The position numbers were made by a program, and so were the translations under genes. DNA of 63,787 nt, counting the filler, from Pelomyxa schiedti (Eukaryota; Protista; Evosea): assembly GCA_020536535.1 (NCBI GenBank). It is 4 parts of 4 records of this genome, joined end to end, with 100 filler letters (N's around TTAATTAATTAA, not from the genome) between each part and the next. Parts side by side here need not be neighbours in the genome. Positions count along the whole stretch, not along the records: positions 1 to 31,678 come from JAHLWZ010000997.1; 3 more parts are not named here. The stretch is one strand, 5' to 3'. Positions 1-12,175 of this stretch are shown here, one piece after another. How positions within the stretch are numbered: position 1 is the stretch's first letter; each line of letters begins with the position of its first letter. The notes under the pieces are model-generated. The model was given only the letters and a program-made list of their open reading frames with translations. It was not told the DNA's origin and did no database searches.

Positions 1-3000
1 CGCGTGGTGACTGCGTTGGTGGTGGTGACGGCGTTTTGTGCGGGGTGTGCATGGACACGTACCGCGACCCAGTGTTCCTCGAGTGCGGCCACACAGTCTG
101 CCGCCGCTGCGCCCTCACCACGCTCGTGGCCGCCGCCAGGCTCGCCGCGCTGCCCACGGTGCCTACGACCACGAAGCCACACGCGCACGGTGGCGGCGGT
201 GGCTGTGATTGTGGAGGAGTTGGCACGATGCCGGGGCCAGGCCAGACAAACGCACCCCAGTCAACCGCTGCGTTGTCTTGTGGCACCTCCTCGTCGTCGT
301 CGTCGTCTGGGTGTCGATGGGGTTGCTGCTCACCAGGCGCAACCGGTGTGTGTGCTGTCATGTCGTCTCTCACTCATATGCTCTAACCTGTCACCTCTCT
401 GTTCCTGTTGTTTGTTTTGCCTACGGAACTAATAAGGACACTAACGCAAAACATACCACAGTTGAAATCAGGTGCCCGTTCCGGTGCACGAGGACAACCA
501 GGACAACCATGTCAGGTGAAAACTTGAAACCAAACACCGCTGCGATGTCCCTCATCGAGAGCAGGAAAGCAGAACTGGTGTGTAGTATTCCATTTTGTTC
601 CAGCAGCCAGCCGGGTTCTGGTCCCAATTGACCTTGACAAAAACCAGACCAAATCGGCATTGTGTGAGGCCCAATATTGCTGTGAGGAACCCACGAGTTC
701 ACCATCCCCTGCCACGTGCAGATGTTCCTCGTGCCATGACATGATTTTTTGCGGGCCTTGTTTCGTGCAGCACCACCAAAGGGGTGCCTTCAGAGCCCAC
801 CAGGTGGTGTCCTCTCTCTCTCTTTTCATGTTAGTTCTGGGCATAAATATTCACATGTCAATCAGGCAACGGAAATTCCACAAGGGACTGCGAAAAAGGG
901 CTCTCTTGCTGCGACAACAACAGCAACAACAATGTGTCCTCACCATGCAAGAAAGGAACGAGATTTGATGTGCTCATGTGGTGTGCCAATCTGTTATTTG
1001 TGTGAGAAAACAGAGAAGCACTCTGGCCACACCAGTGTGCCATTGGTGGACATCGTTTCTCAGAAGGCCTCTGAACTTAAACGTGTGTTTTCGCTCACCT
1101 CAGTCATTGAATTGAAGGACGCATCTCCAAAAAAAAAAAAAAAAAGGACTCACCAAGGAGCTCAATGACATTTCCGAAAAAGAAGTGGAGAGCCTTTCGA
1201 AAATCAACACAGAGATGTTGTCAGTTCCCAAGGTCACCTTGCGCACCCTTTTTCTTTTCCCAACCTCTTTGTTCCATGATTGTGACTGCAAACCACTCAG
1301 GTGATAACTGAGGGTTGCATGTCAATTCTGGCCGATTTGCAGTTGATTCTGGGTGCAGTTGAGACCAGGTGCAAGGAGATCAATGAAATGTCACAGTCAC
1401 TCTCTGATGTGATGAGTTCTCATTCTCCCCTCCCACCAAAATCCCACCAAAACCAACGAAAGCAAACAACATGCAAATCACCAACAACTTTTAACATGGA
1501 ATTCTCACAGCACACAAACTGGGAGTTCAGTGCAACTCGTTGGAAGCCCTTGTGAAGAACCACCAAGCTCTGATATCCAAGGCAAACGAAGTTGCCCAAA
1601 AGCTCCAGGTTGATCAACAGCAGCAACCACTGGAAGTGCTTCAAGCACACTCGATCCTCTCTTCCTTCCTCTTGGACAAACGGTTGCTCCTGGTGTGTTA
1701 TTCGTTCCCACCGTTTCACGTGAGTTTCATGTTTTTGACGTTCTCTCCTTTCACACAGGACACACACAGACTTGAGCCATGTGAACAAGCCAAGGCGGTC
1801 ATGTTCAGAAGTGGACCACGCGACGAGGCGATTGGGATGATCAGGGGGTTTGGGACAGTGACCAAAGGGAGGGTGCCAAACATACCCAGTGGTGGCAGGG
1901 CCCCATTGTGCACAAGGTTCCCATCCTCACCAACAGACACTGATGCGATCACAGTCCAGTGGGACCAACCTCCTCCCCTCCTCGATCAGACCCCACTTGA
2001 ACAAGTCGTGGGCTACAACGTGACTGTCTCCCCCGCAACTACTTCTTCATCAGAAGGAAGAGTGGCGGTGATTGAGGTGAAGGGGAGGGAGACAACCAAG
2101 TGTTATGTGAAAGTGGCCTCCAAAAACGAGGTGAGTGTTGCGGTTTGTGCAGTGAGCCTCGTTGGATCATCTGAGCCAACACAGCGTGCCACTGTGCCAA
2201 GACTCCCACCAACGAGGGAGGTTGAGGTGTTTGCATGGGGTGCCGCCGGCGGCGCAGAGTGTGGAAACCGATTTGCAGGTGGCCCAGGGGGGTTCAGCAC
2301 AGCCAGGATGCTGATCAAGCCCGGCACACAACTCACCATCGTGGTGGGCCAGGGTGGTGCCGGTACCCTTCGCAACTCAGGCAGAGGTGCACCAGCAACG
2401 AGGGGATCATTTGGTGGTGGTGGAAGTGGTGGCGGCAGTGATGGTTTTCACTGTCAGAGTGGGGGAGGTGGTGGTGGGTGCAGTGCAGTGATGGTGGGGG
2501 GTGTGCCCCTCGTCGTGGCTGGTGGTGGCGGTGGCTCCGCAGTGAACAACACCTCGCACGGGTTCGGGGGAGGGGGAGGGGGCGAGACAGGGAGCGCGGA
2601 CGGGGACCAGTGCAAGAGAGCAACACAGGAGGCACCGGGTGGCTGGGATGACAACTCCCCACAGTGCGGTGTCAAGTTCCGCGGTGGTGACGGTGCCAAT
2701 GCCACAGGCACCGACTATGGTGGTGGGGGTGGCGGTGGGGGACTGTTTGGGGGTGCTGGTGGTCACACGTACTACACGAAGGACAGTGGGGGAGGGGGAG
2801 GCAGTGGGTTCGTGGTGGCACCCACAACGACGAACAGCAGTGGCAGTGGCGGTGCCGGTGGGAGTGTGGTTGGTGATGGTGGGAGTATTGTGGGTGTGAT
2901 CAGCTCACGCACCGTGTGTGGCCAACGTGCCACCGGCCTCAAACAAGCCACGACACCACCCGAGACCAACAACGAGCACTACCGCGACGGTGCCGGTGGT

Positions 3001-3150
3001 TGCGTGGCACCAACAAGTGACGACTCGTTTGATGGGAACCACGGGTTGGTTGTTGTTGTGGTCAAGGGGGTCACAACACCAACAGGCGGCACCACCAACA
3101 CTCACGTGTTTGCGTACACTGGCCGGAACCAATCCCTCACTATTAATTAA
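1..3150 (+). CDS. TRIM-like E3 ligase copy 1 (RING-Bbox-Bbox-coiled coil-FN3-glycine-rich domain); 5' end outside window; multi-exon
   Basis: The RING (CGVC..CGHTVCRRC..CPFRC) is joined across a GT-AG intron at 346-461 with a CTAAC branch point. B-box1 is CEAQYC..CSSC..CGPC..HH..H and B-box2 is CPHH..CSC..CYLC..HSGH. These are followed by a helical region, an FN3-like segment (ITVQWDQPP..VVGYNVTV) and a Gly-rich domain starting EVFAWGAAGG..LTIVVGQGG. Stop at 3150. Confidence 0.85.
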
Positions 3151-3432
3151 TGATTGTGGATTGGAGGAACCCTTAAACAGTGCTCTCTCGGAAAGTCCAT
3201 GTGCGCTCTTCACTTTTTTTAAAAAGGTTTTAAACCTTGTGAGGAAAAGCAAAACGTGGCCCTCATGTCCGTAGATAGGAGAGCTAGAAAACTGGTCACG
3301 ATGGCACGTCCATCACTGACTTGCAGGTTTGTGTTTTGAAACACGGCAGTTATTCACTTGGTTGTGACCCAAATACCAGGTGGCAGAATAAAAAAAACAC
3401 CAGACCGCCGATCCTGAGCGACGATAACGAAA

Positions 3433-3855
3433 ATGACAGCGTTCCGGTCCGTTGATTATTTTATTCCGCCAGGTGTCTGAGCCAACCAGTCTAGACACAT
3501 TTCGTCGAATTTGATGTGTTCTTACGCCCGTGCAGACGTTGTGTGCGGGGTGTGCATGGACACGTACCGCGACCCAGTGTTCCTCGAGTGCGGCCACACC
3601 GTATGCCGCTCCTGCGCCCTCACCGCACTCGTGGCCGCCGCCAGGCTCGCCGCACTGCCCACGGCGCCTGTGTCCTCAACCACGGGGACCACGAAGCCAC
3701 ACGCGCACGGTGGTGGTGGCTGTGGTGGTGGAGTTGGCACGATGCCGGGGCCAGGCCAGACGAGCGCACCCCAGTCAACCGCTGCGTTGTCTTGTGGCAC
3801 CTCCTCGTCGTCGTCGTCTGGGTGTCGATGGGGTTGCTGCTCACCAGGCGCAACC

Positions 3856-3941
<86 letters not shown>

Positions 3942-6768
3942 GCTGTTGTACTGTCAATATCCCCACCACACACCCACATCGGCTTTTCTGCTCCAACCTC
4001 TCTGTTCCTGTTGTTTGTTTTGCCTACGGAACTAATAAGGACACTAACGCAAAACATACCACAGTTGAAATCAGGTGCCCGTTCCGGTGCACGAGGACAA
4101 CCAGGACAACCATGTCAGGTGAAAACTTGAAACCAAACACCGCTGCGATGTCCCTCATCGAGAGCAGGAAAGCAGAACTGGTGTGTAGTATTCCACTTTG
4201 TTCCAGCAGCCAGCCGGGTTCTGGTCCCAAATGACCTTGACAAAAACCAGACCAAATCGGCATTGTGTGAGGCCCAATATTGTTGTGAGGAACCCACGAG
4301 TTCTCCATCCCCTGCCACGTGCAGATGTTCCTCGTGCCATGACATGATTTTTTGCGGGCCTTGTTTCATGCAGCACCACCAAAGGGGTGCCTTCAGAGCC
4401 CACCAGGTGGTGTCCTCTCTCTCTCTCTCTCTTTTCATGTTAGTTCTGGGCATTAATATTCACATGTCAATCAGGCAACAGAAATTCCACAAGGGACTGC
4501 GAAAAAGGGCTCTCTTGCTGCAACAACAACAGCAACAACAATGTGTCCTCATCATGCAAGAAAGGAACGAGATTTGATGTGCTCATGTGGTGTGCCAATC
4601 TGTTATTTGTGTGAGAAAACAGAGAAGCACTCTGGCCACACCAGTGTGCCATTGGTGGACATCGTTTCTCAGAAGGCCTCTGAACTTAAACGTGTGTTTT
4701 CGCTCACCTCATTCATTGAATTGAAGGACGCATCTCCAAAAAAAAAAAAAAAAAAAAAAGGACTCACCAAAGAGCTCAATGACATTTCCGAAAAAGAAGT
4801 GGAGAGCCTTTCGAAAATCAACACAGAGATGTTGTCAGTTCCCAAGGTCACCTTGCGCACCCTTTTTCTTTTTCCCAACCTCTTTGTTCCATGATTGTGA
4901 CTGCAAACACAGGTGATAACTGAGGGTTGCATGTCAATTCTGGCCGATTTGCAGTTGATTCTGGGTGCAGTTGAGACCAGGTGCAAGGAGATCAATGAAA
5001 TGTCACAGTCACTCTCTGATGCGATGAGTTCTCAATTTTCCCCTCCCACCAAAATCCCACCCAAAACCAACGAAATCAAACAACATGAAAATCACCAACA
5101 ACTTTTAACATGGAATTCTCACAGCACACAAACTGGGAGTTCAGTGCAACTCGTTGGAAGCCCTTGTGAAGAACCACCAAGCTCTGATATCCAAGGCAAA
5201 CGAAGTTTCCCAACAGCAACAACCACTGGAAGTGCTTCAAGCGCATTCGATGCTGTCTTCCTTCCTCTTGGACAAACCCCTGCTCCTGGTGTGTTATTCA
5301 TCCCGTGAGTTTCATGTTTTTGACGTTCTCTCCTTTCATGCAGGACACACACAGACTTGAACCATGTGAGCAAGCCAAGGGCGTAAAATGCAGGAGTGGA
5401 CCACGCGACGAGGTGATTGGGATGATCAAGGGGTTTGGGACAGTGAGTAAAGGCAGGGTGCCAAACACGCCCAGTGAAGGGAGGGCCCCCCAATGCTCCA
5501 GGTCACCAGCAGCAACACCAACAGACACTGATGCAATCGCAGTCAAGTGGGACCAACCTCCTCCCCTCCTCGATCAGACCCCACTTGAACAAGTCGTGGG
5601 CTACAACGTGATTGTCTCCCCCTCAAATTTCGTTGCTTCAGCTTCATCAACAAAAGGAAGAGTGGCGATGGTGATTGAGGTGAAGGGGAAGGAGACAACC
5701 AAGTGTGATGTGACAGTGGCCTCCAAAAGCGAGGTGAGTGTTGCGGTTTGTGCAGTGAGCCTCGTTGGATCATCTGAGCCAACACAGCGTGCCACTGTGC
5801 CAAGACTCCCACCAACGAGGGAGGTTGAGGTGTTTGCATGGGGTGCCGCCGGCGGCGCAAACAACAACGGCCCGGCAGCGGGTGGCCCAGGGGGGTTCAG
5901 CACAGCCAGGATGCTGATCAAGACCGGCACACAACTCACCATCGTGGTGGGCCAGGGTGGTGCTGGTATGATCTGCCAGCCAAGTGGGGACCCGCCAGCA
6001 ACGAGAAGATCATTTGGTGGTGGTGGCAGTGGTGGAAGTGGTGGCCGCCGTGGTTACCACCTTAGTGGGGGAGGTGGTGGTGGGTGCAGTGCAGTGATGG
6101 TGGGGGGTGTGCCCCTCGTCGTGGCTGGTGGCGGCGGCGGTTCCGCAATACAATTCAACACGCACGGGCACGGGGGAGGGGGAGGGGGCGAGACAGGGAG
6201 CGCGGACGGGGACCAGTGCAAGAGAGCAACACAGGAGGCGCCAGGTGGCTGGGGTGACAACTCCCCACAGTGCGGCGACAAGTTCCGCGGTGGTGACGGT
6301 GCAAACGCAGGGACAGGCACCAGTGACTGTGGAGGAGGGGGAGGGGGTGGGGGACTGTATGGGGGTGGTGGTGGTCACACGTACAGTGTGGGCCAGGGTG
6401 ACAGTGGGGGAGGGGGAGGGAGCGGGTTCGTGGTGGCACCCACAACCACAACGAGCAGCAGTGCCAGTGGGGGCGGAGTTGTGGTTGGTGATGGTGGGTG
6501 TGTTGTGAGTGTGATCAGCTCACGCACCGTGTGTGGCCAACGCGCCACCGCCCGCGCCCAAACCACGACACCACCCGAGACCAACAACGAGCACTACCGC
6601 GACGGTGCCGGTGGTTGCGTGGCACCAACAACCTACGACCACCCGGTTGATGGGAACCACGGGTTGGTTGTTGTTGTGGTAAAGGGGGGCACAGGGTCAG
6701 CCAACACAAACACCAACACTCATGTGTTCAACCACACCGGTCAGAACCAATCCCTCACCATCAATTGA
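3433..6768 (+). CDS. TRIM-like E3 ligase copy 2 (tandem paralog, same architecture)
   Basis: ATG at 3433 (MTAFRSVDYFIPP|DVVCGVC, intron 3473-3535). Exons and introns are nearly identical to copy 1 except for the glycine-rich domain loops. Stop at 6768. Confidence 0.87.
3857..3940 (+). repeat. (GT)n microsatellite at the 5' end of an intron
   Basis: About 42 GT units beginning at the splice donor; the copy 1 intron has only about 4 units. Confidence 0.95.
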
Positions 6769-6834
6769 TTGCACTCAGCCAATTACAAGTGTTTGAGTTC
6801 TTTTGTACACTTTCAACATTTTTGTCTCCAGTTA

Positions 6835-7506
6835 TCAGTGCTTCATTGCTTCTTGAATGAACTGGGGCCCTCTCTTGAAGCTGCCCTCCCAAGCCACACA
6901 ACCACACAAAGCAGCAACAAGCTCTCTCACTGGAATCTCTTTCAGCACAGAGTCTGCAAGCTCCTTGTCTCCAACCTCGTGGGTAGCATACAGCCAATCA
7001 TGCACCTAGGGGGTATTAGCACACAGGGGAGAGCACAATGAGATACACTTACTAGCCATGCTGTTTCGCATCTGGTGTCAAGAGTAAATGGCCCAGAGCA
7101 GCCTTTGGCATATTTGAGTTTGGAGTTTGAGTGTGTTGAGACATACCATCAGTGAGGAATCCCACTGGAACAGTAACTTTTTGTGTTCCCACCATCACCT
7201 GTGTAAAGGGGAGAAAAACCTCAAAAAACATCCCATAGAGACTGCATTTAACAAATAAAGGGAGAGAAAACGCACAGACAGCTCCTTTATTGAGCAGTAC
7301 TTGTAGTAATCCGCCCCATAATGGTTTTTAACCGCGGCCAGCTCCTCGTGAGTTAGTTTCCTCACGTACTCGAGAGGCTTGCTGTGCGCGTGTGGGTTGC
7401 AGCACCCACAACAACAGCAACAACAACACGGCGTGTCTCCGTGCCCGCAGTTCTCGTGGCAACACATCCCATTATCGTCGACGCAACAGCTACAACATCC
7501 ACCCAT
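6835..7506 (-). CDS. DUF1353-like protein with Cys-rich acylation-type N-terminus (4 exons, 167 aa)
   Basis: Exons 7506-7276, 7198-7147, 7102-7053 and 7005-6835 (all GT-AG, in frame) give MGGCCSCC...VTVPVGFLTDGCSGP...AWLVHDWLY...KELADSVL...GCVAW. This matches the DUF1353 pattern VPxGFxTDxxS..AxxxHDxLY..ADxxF. Confidence 0.72.
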
Positions 7507-7624
7507 TTCTGAAGGGAGTTAGGCCGCTTGAACGGTCTTTTTTTTTTTTCTTTTTCTTTTGACTTTGTCGACTGGCTTCGGTGGTTTCGCAGTTGGTGAT
7601 GTGTTGTTGTTGATGTTTCCTTTT

Positions 7625-10515
7625 TTATTCAGCCTGGCTGGTTGCTTTGATTGGTTCCTCACCAGAACCGGAGTGTGAGTGGTGCTTCTTCTTGTGACCG
7701 TGGGGAGTTCGGGGCGATATGTCTGAGTCCGCGTTTGTGGGGTTGATGTTTGCTATTGCTGGTACTGTTGGCATTGTGGGAAAGTTTGATAGACCTGGTT
7801 CCGCCTTGGCGGCTTCTTGGTCCTTAGGATAATATTAATGTAAAGTGATTTGTGATGTGGCGGGGGGAAAATGCCTGTGCTATCTTCTCTAGTGTTTCGC
7901 GAACTGATGTGATTTGATTTGAGAGTTGCTGTGCCTTTAGCTCTTTTTTAAGTCGTTTGATCTCATAGTCCTTTTGTTGTGATTGTTAATTCCTCAATCT
8001 AGATATTCTTCCAACCTTGGCATGCAAAGAGGTCTTCAGTTGCTCAATTTCAAGGTCTTTCAGGAGCACTGTGTTTTTAACTTCCTCTCGCATGAGTTTT
8101 ATCATTCGGTCCATGGCAACTATGGTTGCAGCGGCATTGTTTGGGCTTAGGGCACTGCTAGTTGTGCCTCTAATCTCAGCTGTAGCCTCCCGCACGGCCT
8201 CTTTAGAATTGATAGTGGCCACTTCAACCTGACTATACCTTTTGATTTGTTGGTACAGAAAAGATAGGATGTAAAAATAGTACAAATAGTCCCAGTTCTC
8301 TAAAAGAAGCTTTACAACAGCAATGCAATGCTCACTTTCTGAAAACGCTTCGTTTGCATTTGCAGAGAAAATTTTTTGCCTGGCATCAAACTTGAGTTTT
8401 AAGTACCACCGGACCTGTTACCTTAAAAGACATGGCGTAAATACAGTAGCAAGATTGTCGAAACTCATTAGATTGGCCGCTTTTTGCTCTTCAACCTTTT
8501 GATGATGAAAATTGCAACTTTTTCACTATGTGTACCTTGTGCAAAAACTTGCATAAATGGTTAAGAAGAGCAAGATGGGTTTCTGGCAATGTGGCCAGAA
8601 GTGAAGTTAGGGCCTCAAACGCTTTGGTTTTGTCTTTGATAGCATAAACATCCTTAAACCGGTTATAACAGACATAGGTTAAAAGTGGCTCAGGCAGCTC
8701 ACGTAGAAACCTGCTTAAGGATTTACTAAAAGTGGATACACTGGAATATCTCACCTTTTCAACAAAACAGGGGCAACATGTGGCCGTTCTTTGGAAAGTT
8801 CTACAGGCAGCCTTTGATCATATTTTGATAAGGCCTCCTTATTTTGTAAATAGTCCCCATTGACGCGGAAAATCTGAAGAAGTGTTACAGTTATCAAGGG
8901 TAACATGTCGGGGCAACGCCTTGCACATCGAGCAGATTTTCCTCTATGAAACTTGTGGTGTGCGACACAATAAACGGTATGGGAGTACCATCCACTTCAA
9001 TTACTTCTTGAAGGTTTCTGCCAAAGACCTATTATTCTAGGGTGAGATTGCTAGTTTAAGTTTTGTTGTTTACCTTTTTTGTTCCCATATCCTCTTCCAT
9101 GGCTTTGACATAATGGGACAACATGAAATCGAAGACACCAAAACCTTGTGTAGTTGGCTTGGAAAAAGATAATTTTACAACATACAGTTTAATATAGCTT
9201 TATTGTTCATGGCTCGTTCCTTGAAAACGTCGAGTGACAGACATTTTTCTTCTTTGGAGAAAATCTGCAAAAAACCAGTTAAAAAGAACGTGGCATAAAA
9301 ATTGAAGTACCTTTTTTGCAAGTGCTTGCCTGAGAGACAGAAATTCCCCCTAATATTAAATTATTCCCTCCACAGCAGATGTAATACAAAGGTACTTTGT
9401 CGAAAATTCCACCAGCAACCCTCAGCAAGAATGTGCCCACTTCATCAATGACCCGCTTTACTTCATCTTTGCTAACTTCTTTATCCTGATTCAAGTCAAA
9501 TAAATTGAAGACCATATCCAGTTGATCGTCAAGTGTCCCTCTTGTGACTGTCCAGTATCAAATGTTGTGAGTTTCGGAGCGAAGATAGATACTTGTATTC
9601 AAGGCAGTTACAAATTCTACATAATCTACTTTGTCATCTTTCTTCTTGTCAACAACACGGAATATGTTGTCAAACAGAAATTCACTGCGCATGAAGGGGA
9701 AGAATGGCTTTGCCTCTTCAAGTGCAACCGCTCTTGTGTTTATTTTAAAGTTAGAAAGAAAAAAAAAGGGGGGGGATAGCGAGTTTAAATCCAAATCACA
9801 TTGGTTATATCTCACGAAACTCTACACACCCAGTAGGGGCAGCAGAAGAAAACCAGTCCCATAGATACTTCAGCTCCTCCTTCGAAAAGCCAATCAAAGT
9901 GACTTGTTCCGCACGTGAACGCGGTACCACCGGCACACTCAACAGCGGAGTGGAAGACGCCAGCCCACGGTCTCTTCTCTTCCCCCCAGCCCCAAGCTGC
10001 GCACCCGGATTAACCCCCAAAGTCGTTCCTGTCCCAAGACCAGGCGGCGCCAACGACAACGACGACGACGACGACGAGGAAGACGAAGAGGAAGAGGAAG
10101 ACGATGAGGAAGGAGAATTAAGAGGAGGGGAGCTGCCCCGGTGGATCGCGGCGGCGGTGGAATTGACTGACACGGGGGGCGCCATCAGCAGGGCGGTGAA
10201 GCTCGCTTGGTCCAGGCAGAAGCTGCTCTCCACGATCCTCTCGAACTCCTCGTTGACGACCTTGTCGGGCACGGGCGGGGTCGTCGACAGCGGCGACGCG
10301 CCGAGCTCGGGCGACGTCGCCGTAGGGGCCGACGAGCCCTTGTCCTTGTCTCTGGAGTGGAACAGCTTGCCACCGACGTGGAGCCGCTTTATGGTGGCAA
10401 CACCGGAGAAGGTAGCTGCCGGCGTGGCAGTTGCAGCCACAACGGGACTGCCGCCGCTGGTGTTGTTACTAGTACTACAGGATGCCGATACACTGGCAGA
10501 GGGTTGTTGCCCCAT
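7625..10515 (-). CDS. Myristoylated recoverin/NCS-type EF-hand plus RhoGAP protein
   Basis: Starts MGQQPS. NCS-type segment FSKEELKYLW, EF loops DKKKDDKVDYVE and DLNQDKEVSKDE, and RGTLDDQLDMVFNLFD. RhoGAP motifs VFG..IPFIV..GIFRVNG..LKRFLRELPEPLL..NLMSFDNLATVFTP. C-terminal coiled coil, stop at 7625. Confidence 0.85.
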
Positions 10516-10778
10516 TCCACGGAGGGTAATCCGGAAATGTCGTTGGTTTTTTTTTGTATTCTTTGTACGTTTTTCTTGTGTTTTGAACTGTGCTCTTTTT
10601 TTTAAAAAACCGAAACGAGACGAAGAGGAGAGATTTTGGCAGTGGCATTCGCCAAAGTCAAAGACAAGAAGCTAACTCGGCGGAGATAACATAACTTACG
10701 GGAAAGAGTGGAACAAAGATATTACTGTGGAAAAGGAAAAGGGCTTGTGTGGTTGTGCTTTTGGGCAAGAGTAAAGGT

Positions 10779-11978
10779 TTATGGCCTCCGCTTGGTGATC
10801 AATGTGATTCCATCCACCAGAGGTAATTGGAGAACTTCAACTCTCTGTGACGCGTTGGGTTTGGAAAGATTACAATGGAATGAAATACCTTGTCAGACAC
10901 TACAAATTTATTGAATTTATCCACTGAGAGAGACTCTTTTACTCTATGATTGTTGGGAATAATTCTCAACAGCAATCCTCTGAGCCAATCATGTGCAACA
11001 AGCCCCCCAAAGAGCGTGTTGTCTACAGCCTTGACAATAACTTTAGCTCAAAAGAAACACACCGGTCATCATACAATTATGCCCGTTTCAGAGAGTAGAT
11101 TCTGTTCTAATATTTTGTTGAGGTAGTTTATCTGGTTCCCTTTGTCAGCATCTATCAGGATTTGTTAGAGCCACACAGCCGTTTCTTAAGGGTTACAAAG
11201 CAATGGAGAATACCAATGAAAATAAAATCAAACTGGCCCTCAGCTTTGTTCAAACTGTGAAGGAGTGAGTTTATTCAAAATCTGGGATATTGAGAGGTGT
11301 TGAGTACTAGTCCATGGCTGGCCCTTCAAATAGTGTAATTTTGTCCCCTATTCTCTTGTCTCCTCGCTGGAAGTTTTTCCTGGCAATCTCTGCTGTCTAG
11401 TGGTAGACAGTTGGACTACTATCAACAAAAAAAAAAGTGCCCCAAGCAAAGGGGGAGAGGGAATTGTACCTCATGTTTCAATTCACATGTTACGATCTGC
11501 CCATCCTCAGGCAGTGCTTCAGCCACTGCCCAAGCACTGTATCCAGTGAAGCAGCCCAACTACGTAAGTTTTTCAATGCCAAGGCAATAAAAAAACATCT
11601 AGACCTCTAGAGCACGCTTTGCTTTGGAAAATTGAACCAGGAACTTCAAGAATTGTGCCTCCAACGGCCCACATAGCATGATAGAGTCCCATCTTTTCTT
11701 TGGAAGCAACGTGTTAGAGGAAAAAACTGCAACTCCACATGCCACCCTCCCGATACTAAGTATAAAGGAATATTAGCCAATCCAAGCATTCTACCAAAAA
11801 CACCAACCGAAGTGTCTTGCTCGATTTCGTCAGAAATATGTGACACCCCCGAGGAATGGCGTGTGCAATATATGTCCTCGTCGGTATCGTGGTTCATTTG
11901 CTTGTAGCGAAGCCACAAATAGACCCACTCACACACGGCACCTATCACTATAAGCCCTACCACTGTCCAAATCCCCAT
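10779..11978 (-). CDS. Class I SAM-dependent O-methyltransferase (Methyltransf_3 / COMTD1-like) with N-terminal TM helix
   Basis: Spliced motifs LGCFTGYSAWAVAEALPEDGQIVTCE, ITLFEGPAMDS, FDFIFI|DADKGNQINY, GIIVCDN-like segment, and C-terminus VEVLQLPLVDGITLITKRRP*. Confidence 0.85.
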
Positions 11979-12175
11979 CACTCAGTGCCTCTGTGAGCGT
12001 TTTTTTTTTTTACTGTGTGCCTTGTGGTTGTTCAAGGGGTGTGTGTCTGATCAATAATGGGGTTTTGATTTTTGTTTTGGCAAAACTGGTTACCCCGCAC
12101 TGTATTAAAATCCTCTTTCAAAACTTTTTTTTTGCGATAGTTGTAGTGCAGTATCAATCACAGTTGGCTACAATT

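Noticed and set aside
3857-3940. Poly-(VC) or poly-(TH) protein repeats in the ORF track
   Set aside because: These are translations of an intronic GT microsatellite.
5860-5880. AAC-AAC-AAC in a variable loop, suggesting a diversity-generating retroelement template
   Set aside because: The aligned copy 1 codons (GAG TGT GGA) do not keep the C, changes affect all bases and include indels, and the RT in the window is a LINE-type enzyme, not a DGR RT.
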